Of a stretch of DNA of 64,000 nucleotides, positions 12,501 through 24,844 are shown in pieces. The notes beneath the pieces were generated by a model. The model saw nothing but the letters and a program-made list of their open reading frames with translations, searched no databases and was not told the origin of the DNA. The stretch's first letter is position 1. Each line of letters opens with the position of its first letter. The stretch is from assembly GCA_002633005.1 (NCBI GenBank), contig NMRA01000601.1, positions 46,388 to 110,387 of the forward strand, read 5' to 3'. A program made the translations under genes and the position numbers. This DNA is from Phoronis australis. Taxonomy: Eukaryota > Animalia > Phoronida.

Positions 12501-14631
12501 CCCAGGGAAGCCCTCAAAACATACAAGGGGACAGCTCTTTTAGGTGCACCAATGAGGTTTATAGTTAACAGGACATTCATCATTTTTGATGCATAGTTCA
12601 ACTTTCCTTGCATGAGTGGTTTTAGCTCGACATTGACCAAAGCAACAGCCACATCCTGAAATACCACAGCTTTACTCAAAGTCTGCGATACTTACCCACA
12701 ATGCTGAGTATACACTGGGAACTTATCTCTCTATTACGCACTGCTGTCATACTACACAGTCACCTAGTCTTTGGACTTATAGTATTAACTTAAGTAGTCA
12801 CTCTAATGCAAATAAATTTTTACTATGCACATGGAGCTGAAATGCGAAATCAAGAACTATAATAAGATGGGTGGATCATAATTTAGGCCAATCATTCTTA
12901 CTAATCACACTCATCTCAGAAGTGTGTTTATACCTACATGGGTCTTTCTAATTCTGTGAAAGAGAGATCAATCTTATTACTGATTACCGCCTTGGAATAA
13001 TCACAGGTATTCACTGGCCAGTGCAACTTAACTCAACACCAACCTTTGTGTTCATTAACTAATGCTGTCCTTTGAGCGTACAAACTTTTCTCCTCTAACT
13101 GTTGCACCTCTCTCAGACTTCGCACAATTTGAAACACGGTGCCATCAAGCAGCGCATTTGCAAGTTCAGACAGGGTCTCATAAGGCAGTCTCTGCTGGTA
13201 CACTCTGTTTAAACAGAAACACAAAAAGAAATCCGTAAGTAAAAAAGAAGAATATTCTAAAACTGAAATGCAAGACCATGTTACACGTGTCTTCTTTACG
13301 AGGTCCCTTGCTACAACAGCGCCACACAGTGATTTTTTATTTCCCTATTTTTGACATGAATGGTCATTATTTAATTCTTGATGCGCTCGCTATGAATTCA
13401 CCAGCCCTAGTTTTTCTGAGAAACCTGGCTTTCAAGTCCATCCCCGCCCCTTTTCTGGTGCACTGGGTTGACCTCAAACAGGGCGCTCATGTGAAATAAA
13501 GCACACTTGCGGATGACAGTAACGTCAAAGTCGCTGTCTGACTATGCAAAGACTTTCATTGTCTCAGATCACTTCAGGACATACTCAAAAGCTTAACCAA
13601 ACTACTAATAAGGCTTTGAAAATGTAATTAATATGCAACACAATATAATCATCAGTTCAATGGCATGACTAACAATTCTTTCAACAGCCTACCTTAAGCC
13701 ATGTATACACACTTTAATTGCCGTATACATGACTTTTGTACGCAGCAGCCATAAACAAATAATCGCAGTGTGTAGACAAATACTATGACGTGATTTTAGA
13801 GCTGAAAAGTTATTCTTAGGTCTTTTCAAATAGTGCGCAATGAATTCCGCTCCCATTTTATTTCCTGTCTGTTAGTAGTAGATCACTGGCCAATCAAAGT
13901 GTCTTATTTTTGAGATAAGACTTTGGTTTTGCATGAGAGAATGATGAGACATTTCAGCAATATTACACACTGAGGCAATGCGTGGTGAATACTACCATTC
14001 ACCAATGGCACATAACTATTGAAACAGAGAATCCATTCAACAAAATACACTAGAGCCTACTGAATGTCATACAATCCGTTTCAACGTAAATTATGATAAT
14101 AGGCGGGATATTCCATTAAGTGGGTTTAGGGTTGGTGGTGATAACCATATAAGCTAGGTAATCATGCTAAACGAAGATTCTTAGAGTGAGACAGGGAAAC
14201 CGGAAATGACTGATTTCACCCGCAGCAAGCACGCTGAGATCCGATAAGGCAAATGAATTAAAGATGAATTAGGGTTAGTTTTTAGACAGAAAAGGTACAC
14301 ATGCTAATAAGCGGTTGGGAAATGATTTGTTTTTGACATTTCATGACAATAACAACTGGTATGACATTAAGAGGGCTCGACTGTAGTGTAATGCAGTTGG
14401 TATACAGTCTACATTTTAATTTGCTTGCAGTATAAACTGAACTACGTATGAAATTGTGCAAGACAATGGGACTGAGCAGACAGGGATTTACCCTGGCAAT
14501 TCCTGACACATTTTCTGTAGTTCTGATAACATTGTGTAGTGTTTCTTCTGCTGTTGTTCTTTGCGTGACAACTCTTCATGAACACTGGCCAGCAAGCCAG
14601 GGTCAAGGTTAGTCACATAACCCCCACTCAT
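9507..14631 (-). CDS. DGCR6: DGCR6/gonadal (gdl) family protein, 205 aa; coding exons 14631-14492, 13204-13044, 11436-11327, 9713-9507
   Basis: All three introns are GT-AG with matching phases (2,1,0), total 618 nt. The translation MSGGY...[48 protein letters not shown]...RPHQL...[42 protein letters not shown] closely parallels DGCR6 ([27 protein letters not shown]...ELD.KV..QQS.LEKAGV.GF). An acceptor at 14655-14656 implies an upstream 5'UTR exon. Confidence 0.93.
9810..10172. repeat. GA-rich purine tract spanning an assembly gap (N run 9893-10135)
   Basis: GGGA/GAGA low-complexity sequence on both sides of the Ns, in DGCR6 intron 3. Confidence 0.85.
10795..11025. repeat. 21-bp minisatellite, 11 copies (ATAGAATTCATGAATTATGGG)
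   Basis: 231 bp = 11 x 21. The consensus unit contains the 12-bp palindrome AATTCATGAATT (a few units read CACG at the centre). It explains the spurious RIHELWD/IIHEFYP ORFs. Confidence 0.95.
11486..12383. mobile_element. MITE with ~27-bp TIRs carrying a nested second MITE
   Basis: TACTGGGATTTTCCATAGATAAGCCCA ... TGGGCTTACCTACGGAAAATCCCGTTA; internal GGGCGTTTATTT-type motifs; TA at both ends, compatible with a Tc1/mariner/pogo type. Confidence 0.6.
11593..11994. mobile_element. Nested MITE with ~45-bp TIRs (GGCC-terminal, possibly Harbinger-like)
   Basis: CTGGGCCTGGTCTCCAATCTTTTTACTCGAAA ... TTTCGAGTACAAAGATTAGAGACCGGGCCCAG. Confidence 0.65.
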
Positions 14632-15127
14632 TCTAGTGACCACACTGAACTATCCTGAAAAATAAAATAAAGATACACGGGTTACAGGTGAAACTGATCA
14701 AAGACAATTAACTCACTAAAAATTTGAAAACTCGTAGTTGACTTGTGCAAAGTTGTTCAGCTTGGTATTGCCAATTCTCGAGTAAGACTGACCTAGAATT
14801 CGTGCAAAGTTTCATCAGACCAGGGTAAGAACTTATATTTTTGATTTCAGTGAGTCATGAAAGCGAGCTTCAGACTCAGAGAGACCCGTTTTAATACATA
14901 TGCTAGTGGGCTTACATCCTTTTTTGATAGCCAATTCCAATTTACACACGTGGTATGTTTTCAGAAACAGCTTCGGAGATTTAAACAGGTTAAAGAAGTG
15001 CAAATATATAATCCTGCCTACTGTCATGTCAAAGAGCTAAGTTTTGACTTCGAGCACTTATCATTATAAATTTGGTCATAAATTGTTCTTTTTTCAGATT
15101 AGATGTGATTTCGGGGCTTGGGAAGGA

Positions 15128-15249
15128 CACTGGTCGGATATAGTGGTCCCTGATTTAGAGAACCAAGCAATCACTGAATAACAGGCCTATTACTTAGTGG
15201 ATGAAATGGGTTCTCTGAATCCGGCAGGGACCGCTTTATTCGACCACTG
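15128..15249. mobile_element. Small (122-bp) MITE-like hairpin element between the two divergent genes
   Basis: CACTGGTCGGATATAGTGGTCCCTG ... CAGGGACCGCTTTATTCGACCACTG, an imperfect 25-bp TIR pair. Confidence 0.55.
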
Positions 15250-15921
15250 CCCTTGGGGAGAACTGACAGTGCATAAGTGCTTGAGACCAGCTCCACAAGT
15301 TAGCTTGTCATAACAGCCAGGTCGTTTTATGAAGCATGTATGGTCTCAAGCACAGCCAGCTGGCAGGAAATTCTTTTATACTTTGACAACTGCCAGAACG
15401 CAGGCAACCAGCAAGACCAGGCACTTCACTCAGTGAGGCTTTGAAATGTGGGCAATCAGCTATTATTTACGGTTATTCCCTGGCAGCTGGCTGACACAGA
15501 AATCATTCCACATCTGAGTAAAGAAACAAGTTGAGGCCACTTTTACCCAGCAGAAAGTGGTCTGAATTAAAAGTTTATTTCTACGAAGGGTTAATCAACT
15601 GTGCCTGTGGTCTACTGTGGCTTCTGTGACTCCGTCTCAGAGATTAAAACCACAATGAAGAGTTTCTGGGCCAGTCACAAGGCGTGATTGATGATACACT
15701 GGTTAAATAGTCCAGATGAAGCTAAATTAACGCTATATTGCGCAAAACGTGAACAGAATTCCATGACGAACAAATTGACGGGAACCTGTCATTCCCTGGG
15801 CGCAGACATCTTTGATTAACGACTACCCAATCATAGTTATGATTACAAAGCTCCAGACAAACTTTGGACCAATGACAAAAGTCCTGACAAGTATCAACCG
15901 GGCAATTCAAAATTATCAACA

Positions 15922-18900
15922 ATGGCTGTTGTCCCTGAAGACGTGTGGTGCAAAGTTGTTAAATTGAGTGGACATTTGTTGAAATCCAAGAGCTATAATG
16001 AAGTGCCTGTCAGTGATCATTATTCCGTCATTCACCATCTTTTGAATCAGTTTGACTCACAATGGACTTGGACTCTGTCGCAAACAAACGAGGGTTTCAA
16101 TTATAGACAACTGACCAAGTAAGTTTCTCGACATTGATCTTTACCGGCAAGACTTTACCCCACACTGTGTGACAATGAAGGGCTAAGCTAGACAGTATCG
16201 GTGTCAGTGCTGCTCTTCTTGTTTTGATTTTGTAAAATTCTCAAGGGTCCAAGAGCTAAAAGTAGTAACTCTGAAAGGTCTTGTTGGATATTTAAGCGTA
16301 CTCTTATTTCTTGCCAAGTCCAGAAATCACACCTATTTTCAGCAGTAAGGAACAAATCGAGACCAATTTCATCACAGTACTTAAGTAAGTGATCTAAATC
16401 TAAACATTGTTTTTTGTGATGGAAAATGGATTATTTTATAACTGCATGCTTATTTTGAGTGATATTTATACCACAATTCCAGATATCTTCGACTGCTTGA
16501 CATTGGTCACTTGGTTCGGTCACAAGATGATTTGAGAAACAAGGTCAAAGTTGGTCGTGTCCTTGGCCTAATTTTAGACAAACTCGAGGCCAGATTTGGA
16601 AGCAGAATATACTACAGAAATGAAACACCAATGATCAAGTCAGAGGGATTACTATGTGCAGACATGGGGAGCGTGAAACGTGATAGGAGAACTCCAAAAA
16701 TGTCCGAATTTGAGAAAGAAAACATTGGCTTGGTAAACGTATGTACTCGCTGCATGATTTGTTGAGACAGTATAGCTAGTTGTTATGTGGAGTTGCAGTT
16801 ACAAACAACAATTTATTGTATACCTTAGTTTCAATAGGTCTGACATTTACATGATATACATTTTTATTTCAAAAGTACAAATATAGTTCTTTCTTATCTC
16901 TGTTAAATGTTTAAGTGTGCTTTTGATGGGACTTGAAGCATGGCATGAAATGCCAGTCAGTGAACATTTGTGGACCCGAGGTAATTATACTCTACATTAT
17001 TGATACCCTAATACAAGGGCTTTTTGATGACGTAATTCACAACATAAACAAAGAAATTCCTGCCGTACATTTACACATACAGATCTACGCGCAATTTTGC
17101 TATGAACTCTGAGCTATTCATTCACAAATTCTTGGGAATAATTCTGAAACAATAGTAAAGTCCTGTGTAGCACCTTGATACTATGAGCTTTGGAATTTAG
17201 AATTATGGTTTCCAAAGTCTTTGGACAGGCTTGGTCAATTTGTAAATACCGTACTTAACCAGATTAATTTTCTAAAGAAATGGGATTTTTATTTTTAATG
17301 CCTGTAAAGATCCAAAACAAACCTAGCAAGTCATCAGTTTAAAGTTTATCTGTGATGGTCACATTCACTGGCTGACACTACGTTGTCAAGTGCGGATCCA
17401 GGATTTCAGTTAGGGGGGGGGGGAGCAGGGCAGAGTATTAGCCAAGATTTTGCCCGTCAGGCATTCGCACCCCCGGACTGTCAAATGCAATCTGGGAGAA
17501 TTTTAGAGGGGCATGGCCCCCTTGGCCCCCCTCTAAGTCCACCACCGGTTGTTAACTTTTATGTAATATGATGTTTATCACGAGATCGAGTAGTCAATTA
17601 CGCAATAGTTACCTTTTTGCGTCATGGTCGGTTCCGTAGCACTAGTGAACCCGAAATTAACATCATTGTGATTTTCTCAATTTTTGGGAATAATTAAAAC
17701 CCATACTTGGGAAATGGTGTCCCTGAGCACATTAAAGATACACACAGTTCGCATTGTAATTTAATCATTTTTAACTTTTTTGCATGCCTGTGTTTATTTA
17801 TTTAACTTTTTTTAAAAGACTGGATGGCCACTTCAGTGAATCCAATGTTGTCTGAGTGGGCTCATTCGGATCTATTTTACATAAAATTAAAATGACTTGT
17901 ACAATTGAATTGCCAGGGATATTGAAATGAATTAAGTACTATTTAACACAAATAAACAAGTAAAAGGATTGCACGAAAAAATAAGTCAAAAAGAAGTATT
18001 TATGCAAATTAAGGTGAATACAGATTGGGGCCAAGAATGCACAAGTTGAGAGCTGCTGTCTGGAACAATATACCAATTCCTAGAAATTCTTTTTCGTGAC
18101 AGCTATTGCCAGGCTGTTGTAAGTGATAATACCTGTGTAGGCAAATGTTCTTTTGTTGCTGTTAGGTTTAGACCTTCCTGGTACCACACAGCCTGTGACA
18201 CATTCTCTTGGTCCGTAACTTTGGGAATATCAAAGTGTTTTGAAGATAACTTAGTGCAAGGTTATGTGTTGATTTTTATTTCCAGAGCTCTGTCAAGTCG
18301 TACACACCAAAAGATGGCATCACTCCTTTGTTGAGACGTGTACTTCAGCCGCTGACACCAGGCTCCNTCAAAAGTACAAATAGTTCTTTCTTATCTCTGT
18401 TAAATGTTTAAGTGTGCTTTTGATGGGACTTGAAGAGATGCATGATATGCCAGTCAGTGAACATTTGTGGACCCGAGGTAATTATACTCTACATTATTGA
18501 TACCCTAATACAAGGGCTTTTTGATGTCGTAATTCACAACATAAAGAAATTTCTGCCGTACATTTACACATACAAATCTACGCGCAATTTTGCTATGAAC
18601 TCTGAGCTATTCATTCACAAATTCTTGGGAATAATTCTGAAACAATAGCAAAGTCCTGTGTAGCACCTTGATACTATGAGCTTTGGAATTTAGAATTATG
18701 GTTTCCAAAGTCTTTGGACAGGCTTGGTCAATTTGTAAATACCGTACTTAAACAGATTAATTTTCTAAAGAAATGGAATTTTTATTTTTAATGCCTGTAA
18801 AGATCCGAAACAAACCTAGCAAGTCATCAGTTTAAAGTTTATCTGTGATGGTCACATTCACTGGCTGACACTATGTTGTCAAGTGCGAATCCAGGATTTC

Positions 18901-21900
18901 AGTTAGGGGGGGGGCAGGGCAGAGTATTAGCCAAGATTTTGCCCGTCAGGCATTCGCACCCCCGGACTGTCAAATGCAATCTGGGAGAATTTTAGGGGGG
19001 CATGGCCCCCTTGGCCCCCCTCTAAGTCCACCACCGGTTGTTAACTTTTATGTAATATGATGTTGATCACGAGATCGAGTAGTCAATTATGCAATAGTTA
19101 CCTTTTTGCGTCATGGTCGGTTCCGTAGCACTAGTGAACCCGAAATTTACATCATTGTGATTTTCTCAATTTTTGGGAATAATTAAAACCCATACTTGGG
19201 AAATGGTGTCCCTGAGCACATTAAAGGTACACACAGTTCGCATTGTAATTTAATCCTTTTTAACTTTTTTGCATGCCTGTGTTTATTTATTTAACTTTTT
19301 TTAAAAGACTGGATGGCCACTTCAGTGAATCCAAGGTTGTCTGAGTGGGCTCATTCGGATATATTTACATAAAATTAAAATGACTTGTACAATTGAATTG
19401 CCAGGGATATTGAAATGAATTAAGTACTATTTAACACAAATAAACAAGTAAAAGGATTGCACGAAAAAATAAGTCAAAAAGAAGTATTTATGCAAATTAA
19501 GGTGAATACAGATTGGGGCCAAGAATGCACAAGTTGAGAGCTGCTGTCTGGAACAATATACCAATTCCTAGAAATTCTTTTTCGTGACAGCTATTGCCAG
19601 GCTGTTGTAAGTGATAATACCTGTGTAGGCAAATGTTCTTTTGTTGCTGTTAGGTTTAGACCTTCCTGGTACCACACAGCCTGTGACACATTCTCTTGGT
19701 CCGTAACTTTGGGAATATCAAAGTGTTTTGAAGATAACTTAGTGCAAGGTTATGTGTTGATTTTTATTTCCAGAGCTCTGTCAAGTCGTACACACCAAAA
19801 GATGGCATCACTCCTTTGTTGAGACGTGTACTTCAGCCGCTGACACCAGGCTCCGCTAGCAGTCAGGGTGTGAAACGTTTAAATGTAAGTATGTTAAGGA
19901 AATCATGGAGCTGAACCATTAGTTGGAAAAGTTCAGTTAATCTGTGCTCACATCGTTTTGAGTCCCTATGGCTCGGTGTGTTTTATTTATATATTAAGGA
20001 ATAGAAAGGCAACTCATATCTCTCTAACTGGTTTCAGCTGAATTTTTGGCCATCTGTTTTTTTGTGAGTAACACAGGTTTGGTGTGCTCAGTTGACTTTG
20101 TGTTGACAGCTCTGAATTTTGGTGTGTTTATGAAAGTGTTCATTTTCAATCAGAAGTTTTCTTGAATTCCGTCTTTATTGAAGATGAAGGGTCTGAACTT
20201 AACAGTCGTAGTTTTCATAGATTTTGAAATTTTTGATTTAATTGTAATAAAGATGCACTTGACTTTAAATTTAAATACGGCTGTAAATGAATTTAAAATG
20301 TTTATTACACCAGGGAACCCCACTTCTACCTGGCTCTGAGCTCCTAGGCAAGGAACTAGATCGCACACCGCCACGATCCAACGTAAAAACACCGGGACAG
20401 AAGGAGCGCGTCCAGAGCCCTCTGTCCATCACTCCTGAAGTTATCTACCAGGAGAAAAAGCCATGTGGACTCCCATCCGGTGCATCCCCTGTAATGTCTG
20501 TTTACAACATCATGCACCAGGGTGTGTCCAGCAGCGAAAATCAACCAGATAACGATGAGAGCTCTTGTAGCGATTCGACAACAGTCAGTGGCAAAAGCAG
20601 TGACACCTATTGTGAGAATGAAATATTCACAACGACAGAATTGTCTTGTATGAGCTGTTCCCCTTCCACCCTTTGTTCACAGTCTGTCGAAGTCGAAAAT
20701 GTCGCTTGCCCAACGCATGAGAATGAATCACAAGCCATTCAAGGTGGGGAGTTATCACGTGACGACACTTTTAATTCAGAGAAGCGTGACGGCGTGGATG
20801 GTGTGTTAAGTGCCATTCAGAACGAAAATTGTGCGGAAGCTGAAACTTCATTACCGGCAGTTACCAATGTTTGTTCTGCAGAGAATGTCAAAGAGACTGA
20901 AATCTTATCTCCAGAAAACAAGAACAGTGTGACGGACAACCCTGTGACTGGAGATTTAGCACACAGCAGTGCACTAAACGAGAATGCTGTTGCACCAATT
21001 GAAACCAGTCCACTGTCTCCAGCTAATAGTACTCTAGGTGAGACCCCTGCAGTCGTCACTGGTGTCTCTCCAGCCTCGTTTACCACCGGTGTGCTTAAGG
21101 GACCTAGTGTTTCCCCCTCTGATTCAACTCCTCCATCAGCGAGCTGCGATGGTGCGTTGGCTGATTCTTTAACCACACCGCAGGCACTGACCAATGTCAG
21201 CGTCAACAGTGCTGTTAGTCCAGTAATGGAGGAGGTAGCGACTAAACTGGACTTTGAGACGTCTGGGAGCTCCTGGAGGTTTGCAGGCTCTGGCGGTAAC
21301 ATACCAACAGGGCAGCAAGTACAGACAGGTGGGTTGATTGCGTAATGTTAACTTACTCCTTTCCAGAATCTACCAGCTGCAGAAGATACACTGGGGAGAG
21401 GTTATGGGGTCTAAGCAACATAATTAACGAACTCTGTTCCAAAAACGCTTTCGTCTGTCAGTTTTGCAGAAAGATTGAATGAGTGACCCAAATCTTAGAC
21501 ATGCCATTGATCAGTGCTACGATTGGCGCTCAGGGGCTCTGGGTATACATGAGGCTACAGCCATTCTCAACCGATGAGTCAATTTGTTTCACTATATAAC
21601 TTTCGTTGAGACTTTATTAATGCAGTGGTGTAATAAAAAGTCATATAAATCACACAGAGTGAGGGTCAAACAAGTGGAAACAAACGCGCCATCTTTGCTT
21701 CGTGTTTTTGATTGGACCCCTGTTTTGTTTTTAAAACGAAGAATTGTCAGTCCTTATTACACAATGACACGAGCTACTGAATAGAATTTTATTCGAGTTT
21801 GAGTTTTCACCGCGGCCTAATTATGGTAGCATGTATCTTTAGGGATGACCTAATTGACCTTTGATCTGTTATTAGGTCTGGGTGGTGTCCATGGTGATTT

Positions 21901-24844
21901 CAACTCTCCAGCTGTTAGTCATCAGCCCTCAGTAGTTACCAATGTTGGAAATAATGACAGTGACCGTAATTATGAGGCGAGACTGAAACATGCAGAAATC
22001 GTCACTGTTCAGGTAAGGCCTTCTATATCACGGCAGTGTTTCATTGTTGTAGTCATTTTACACTCGTTTGTGTCAGAGTTCATTTACACGGCTTGGAATT
22101 TTCCTCTTTCAAAAGGATTTCCTCTTAGTTTTAATTTCCTCTTATTTGATTTCCAGTTCCCTTTTTTTGTCTCTTTTTATCATTACTTTGCCTTTATTCA
22201 TGCAAAAACGTTTATTTGAGTTAAATTTTACTACACAAAAAATATTTCTATCACAAAAGCCTATTTATTTGGGGAACGATACGTCATCTGGAAAACTTTT
22301 CTCTTTTTTGTCATTGGTCATCCCAAGCCCTGTTTTACCAGGGTGCATAATTTGTAGTAGATGCAGTGATCTTGTCAGTTGTTGTATGGAAATTGAAGAG
22401 TTGTAGCCTGTTTTAAGAAAACTAACAAAAATTTGGTCTTACGCTACTCACAACTATTTCTGAAAAACAATTGCATCTCATTTGCTAAGTCTATGTAAAT
22501 AAACTCATCCTAGGGTCTGATTTGGCGAGTGCCAGCTGCCATTTTGCAAGTTGAAATTGCCGTTGGTGACCTGAGCTTGAGGCTTTCTCGCAAAACTCGG
22601 CTTAGTTTTCCGTTGCTCAACTCGCCAAACGCAACCTTTTCCCCCGACAATGCCATTCTCATCTGTGTAGAACCACGTCAGCAGGGTCAACTAACACTCA
22701 CTAACAGAGCAGTAACAAAAACAACGAAAATCACTCAGTGCCTGTCAACCATTGTCGCCTTCTGCCGATCTTGTCTAAACTACAGGCACTCAAAAAATAA
22801 CGCTGAGAATTGTGATCCCGACACAGCAAACTAAGCTGGGTGGGTTGCAATCAATATATCATTCTTCTCTAGCCCAACTCATATCAGACACGTTAAGCTT
22901 CCTAACCTATTGAAAACCAGGTGAATCAATACAACGCATTTTTTCTATCTCTGCGAAAGTAGAGTAGAATTCAGGATATAATCATTGATCATTTCCATTT
23001 GATCAGTTGCTGTAATGCACTAAGAATAATCACCAAATCCATTTCCTTCCAGGATAAACAGCCAGTTGCTCTTGAAGTGAAGATGCGTGTATCCTTGGAA
23101 GATCACGTTGAGGAGAGACCTGTCAAGACTGTCTGTGACCGTGGTCCAGATACATCTAGTGAGCAACAGCAGAGTATGTTTATTCTGTACTTATGTGACT
23201 ATACTGCCTTGGGATACAGTAACTCTTCTATGGATGTGACAAAACTATAGAAATTACCGTTTTCAGTGGCACATGCCAGGAATATATATGGGGTGCTAAT
23301 AATTAGAATATTATTTGTGTAAATTAAGGAGTGCTATTAGATAAAATGTCCACACGTGATATAAATACAACTTGTCTAAACGAAAATTTGCTGCAAACAC
23401 ACGCATGACATAAAAAATATGGAAGAAAGTTTAAAGTTAACCACATGCAGCGTTACCTTTGACAGTCATTGTTTTGGTTCATGTTATGGTGTGTGACATC
23501 CCAAATTACCCACAATCCATTAGTCCAAAAGCCCATTAGTCCAAAAGCCCAATATTCCAAGTAACCCAGCCCATTAGTTCGAAAGTTCAGTTGTCTGAAG
23601 AATTCCGTTTCTCCGACAGCCCAATGGTCCAGAGACCCATTCATCCCAAAATAAACCATTCGTCATTTGACAACCCATTTGAGCTGTTGGACAAATGGAT
23701 ATTTTTTCGGCCAAATGAGCCTTCGGACTGATGGGTAAATTTCTGCACAAGTGGTCTTTCGGACAAATTGGCTGTCATACCAATTGGTATTTTTCAATAA
23801 ATGGGTTGTCAGACAAATGGGGTGTTGGACCAATGGGTAAATCTTTGGAGTAATTGATCATCTGACAAATTTGCTGTCGTACTAATTCGTATTTTTTTGA
23901 CAAATGGGTCATCAGACAATTGGACTGTTGGACCAATGGGCTATCAGAAAGTTGGGCTGTAACCATGTTGGGGTGGAATGAACCTTTCGTTTTCATTCTC
24001 AACATGGTGAGTTAGCAGCTGCTCTAATTTCATTATAAGACAGTGAACTGCGGTTTGACTTCATTAGCATTGTGAGTCTTTTAACAAATACAAACTGAAG
24101 CCTTAAGAATTATTTTGATTTTCACCATGTTTGCTCTTAAGTGTTTTTTGAATGAATGAGTTCTTTTGTTGTTAAAAAGGTTCGGAGTTTATTCCGACTG
24201 AAATTTTTGATGTGGTGTGATATTTACCTGTGTGATGTCACTGGTTCCTCAAAAATGTGCAGTTTTGTCAAAAATAAGGAAGTTTTGCCATAAGCAGCGG
24301 TGCTGTTAACTGCGACAAATCTTCAAATATTTTGAAGAAAAATAATTGCTAAAATTTTCATTATCTTTTTCAAGAATCTGACTGCTAATACTCTGCTAGT
24401 GATAAATCAAGTATTTATCAAGTGTTGTTATGTAGTGGCTGTGCAATACATTAATCTTTCTCCGAATGAGATAGAATTTTGTCAATAATTATTTCTGTTG
24501 AAAACATTAAAGAAAGACAATCTTACTTGCATGCCTTATTGTGTGCTTAGTCTGTGAAAAATACAGTAAATTAGCATCTTGTTTCACATGACATTTCAAA
24601 CATAACTTTCAACTCTGTTGTCAGTGTACAAACAAGTTTGCCTTCTGACTTCTATGTTTACCTACACAGGGTGCCTTGCTGTATTTGCTGCATTTTTCGT
24701 ATTGCAGGTTTGCCCAGCTGCAGTGGTGGCAAGTCAAAACCCGCTTCGAAGGTACAGCGATTTTTCCACAGACTTGGTAAAGTGTTTAGCCGAGGAAAAG
24801 GCAAAATGAAAAGCAGTAAGGGAACGAAAAAACATAAGCTTTGA
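15922..24844 (+). CDS. Uncharacterised ~655-aa protein; coding exons 15922-16118, 16483-16732, 19774-19884, 20314-21328, 21876-22012, 23053-23173, 24708-24844
   Basis: All six introns are GT-AG and the phases chain consistently (2,0,0,1,0,1), giving 1968 nt with no internal stop. The ATG is in ACAATGG context with an in-frame stop upstream. The 1-kb exon is the 352-aa S/T/P/E-rich ORF. AATAAA near 26260. No family recognised. Confidence 0.72.
16869..19854. repeat. Near-identical 1.49-kb tandem duplication (16869-18366 / 18368-19854) joined at a single N; probable uncollapsed haplotypes
   Basis: The copies differ only by scattered SNPs and small indels. The junction is exactly the N at 18367. 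The first copy ends in the middle of exon 3 of the + gene (…CCAGGCTCC|N). Confidence 0.9.
17387..17547. mobile_element. MITE of the CAGTGGCGGATCC family with 5-bp TSD GTTGT (second copy near 18880-19036 in the duplicated block)
   Basis: CAAGTGCGGATCCAGG ... CTAAGTCCACCACCG, flanked by GTTGT/GTTGT. Confidence 0.6.
23491..23963. mobile_element. Foldback-type element with inverted arrays of ~16-bp subterminal repeats
   Basis: Left arm (GCCCATTAGTCCAAAA)-like repeats; right arm (TTGGACCAATGGG)-like repeats in opposite orientation; termini GTGACATCCCA / TGGGCTGTAAC. Confidence 0.6.

Noticed and set aside
20817-21302. 161-aa antisense ORF
   Set aside because: Shadow frame of the large S/T/P-rich exon on +.
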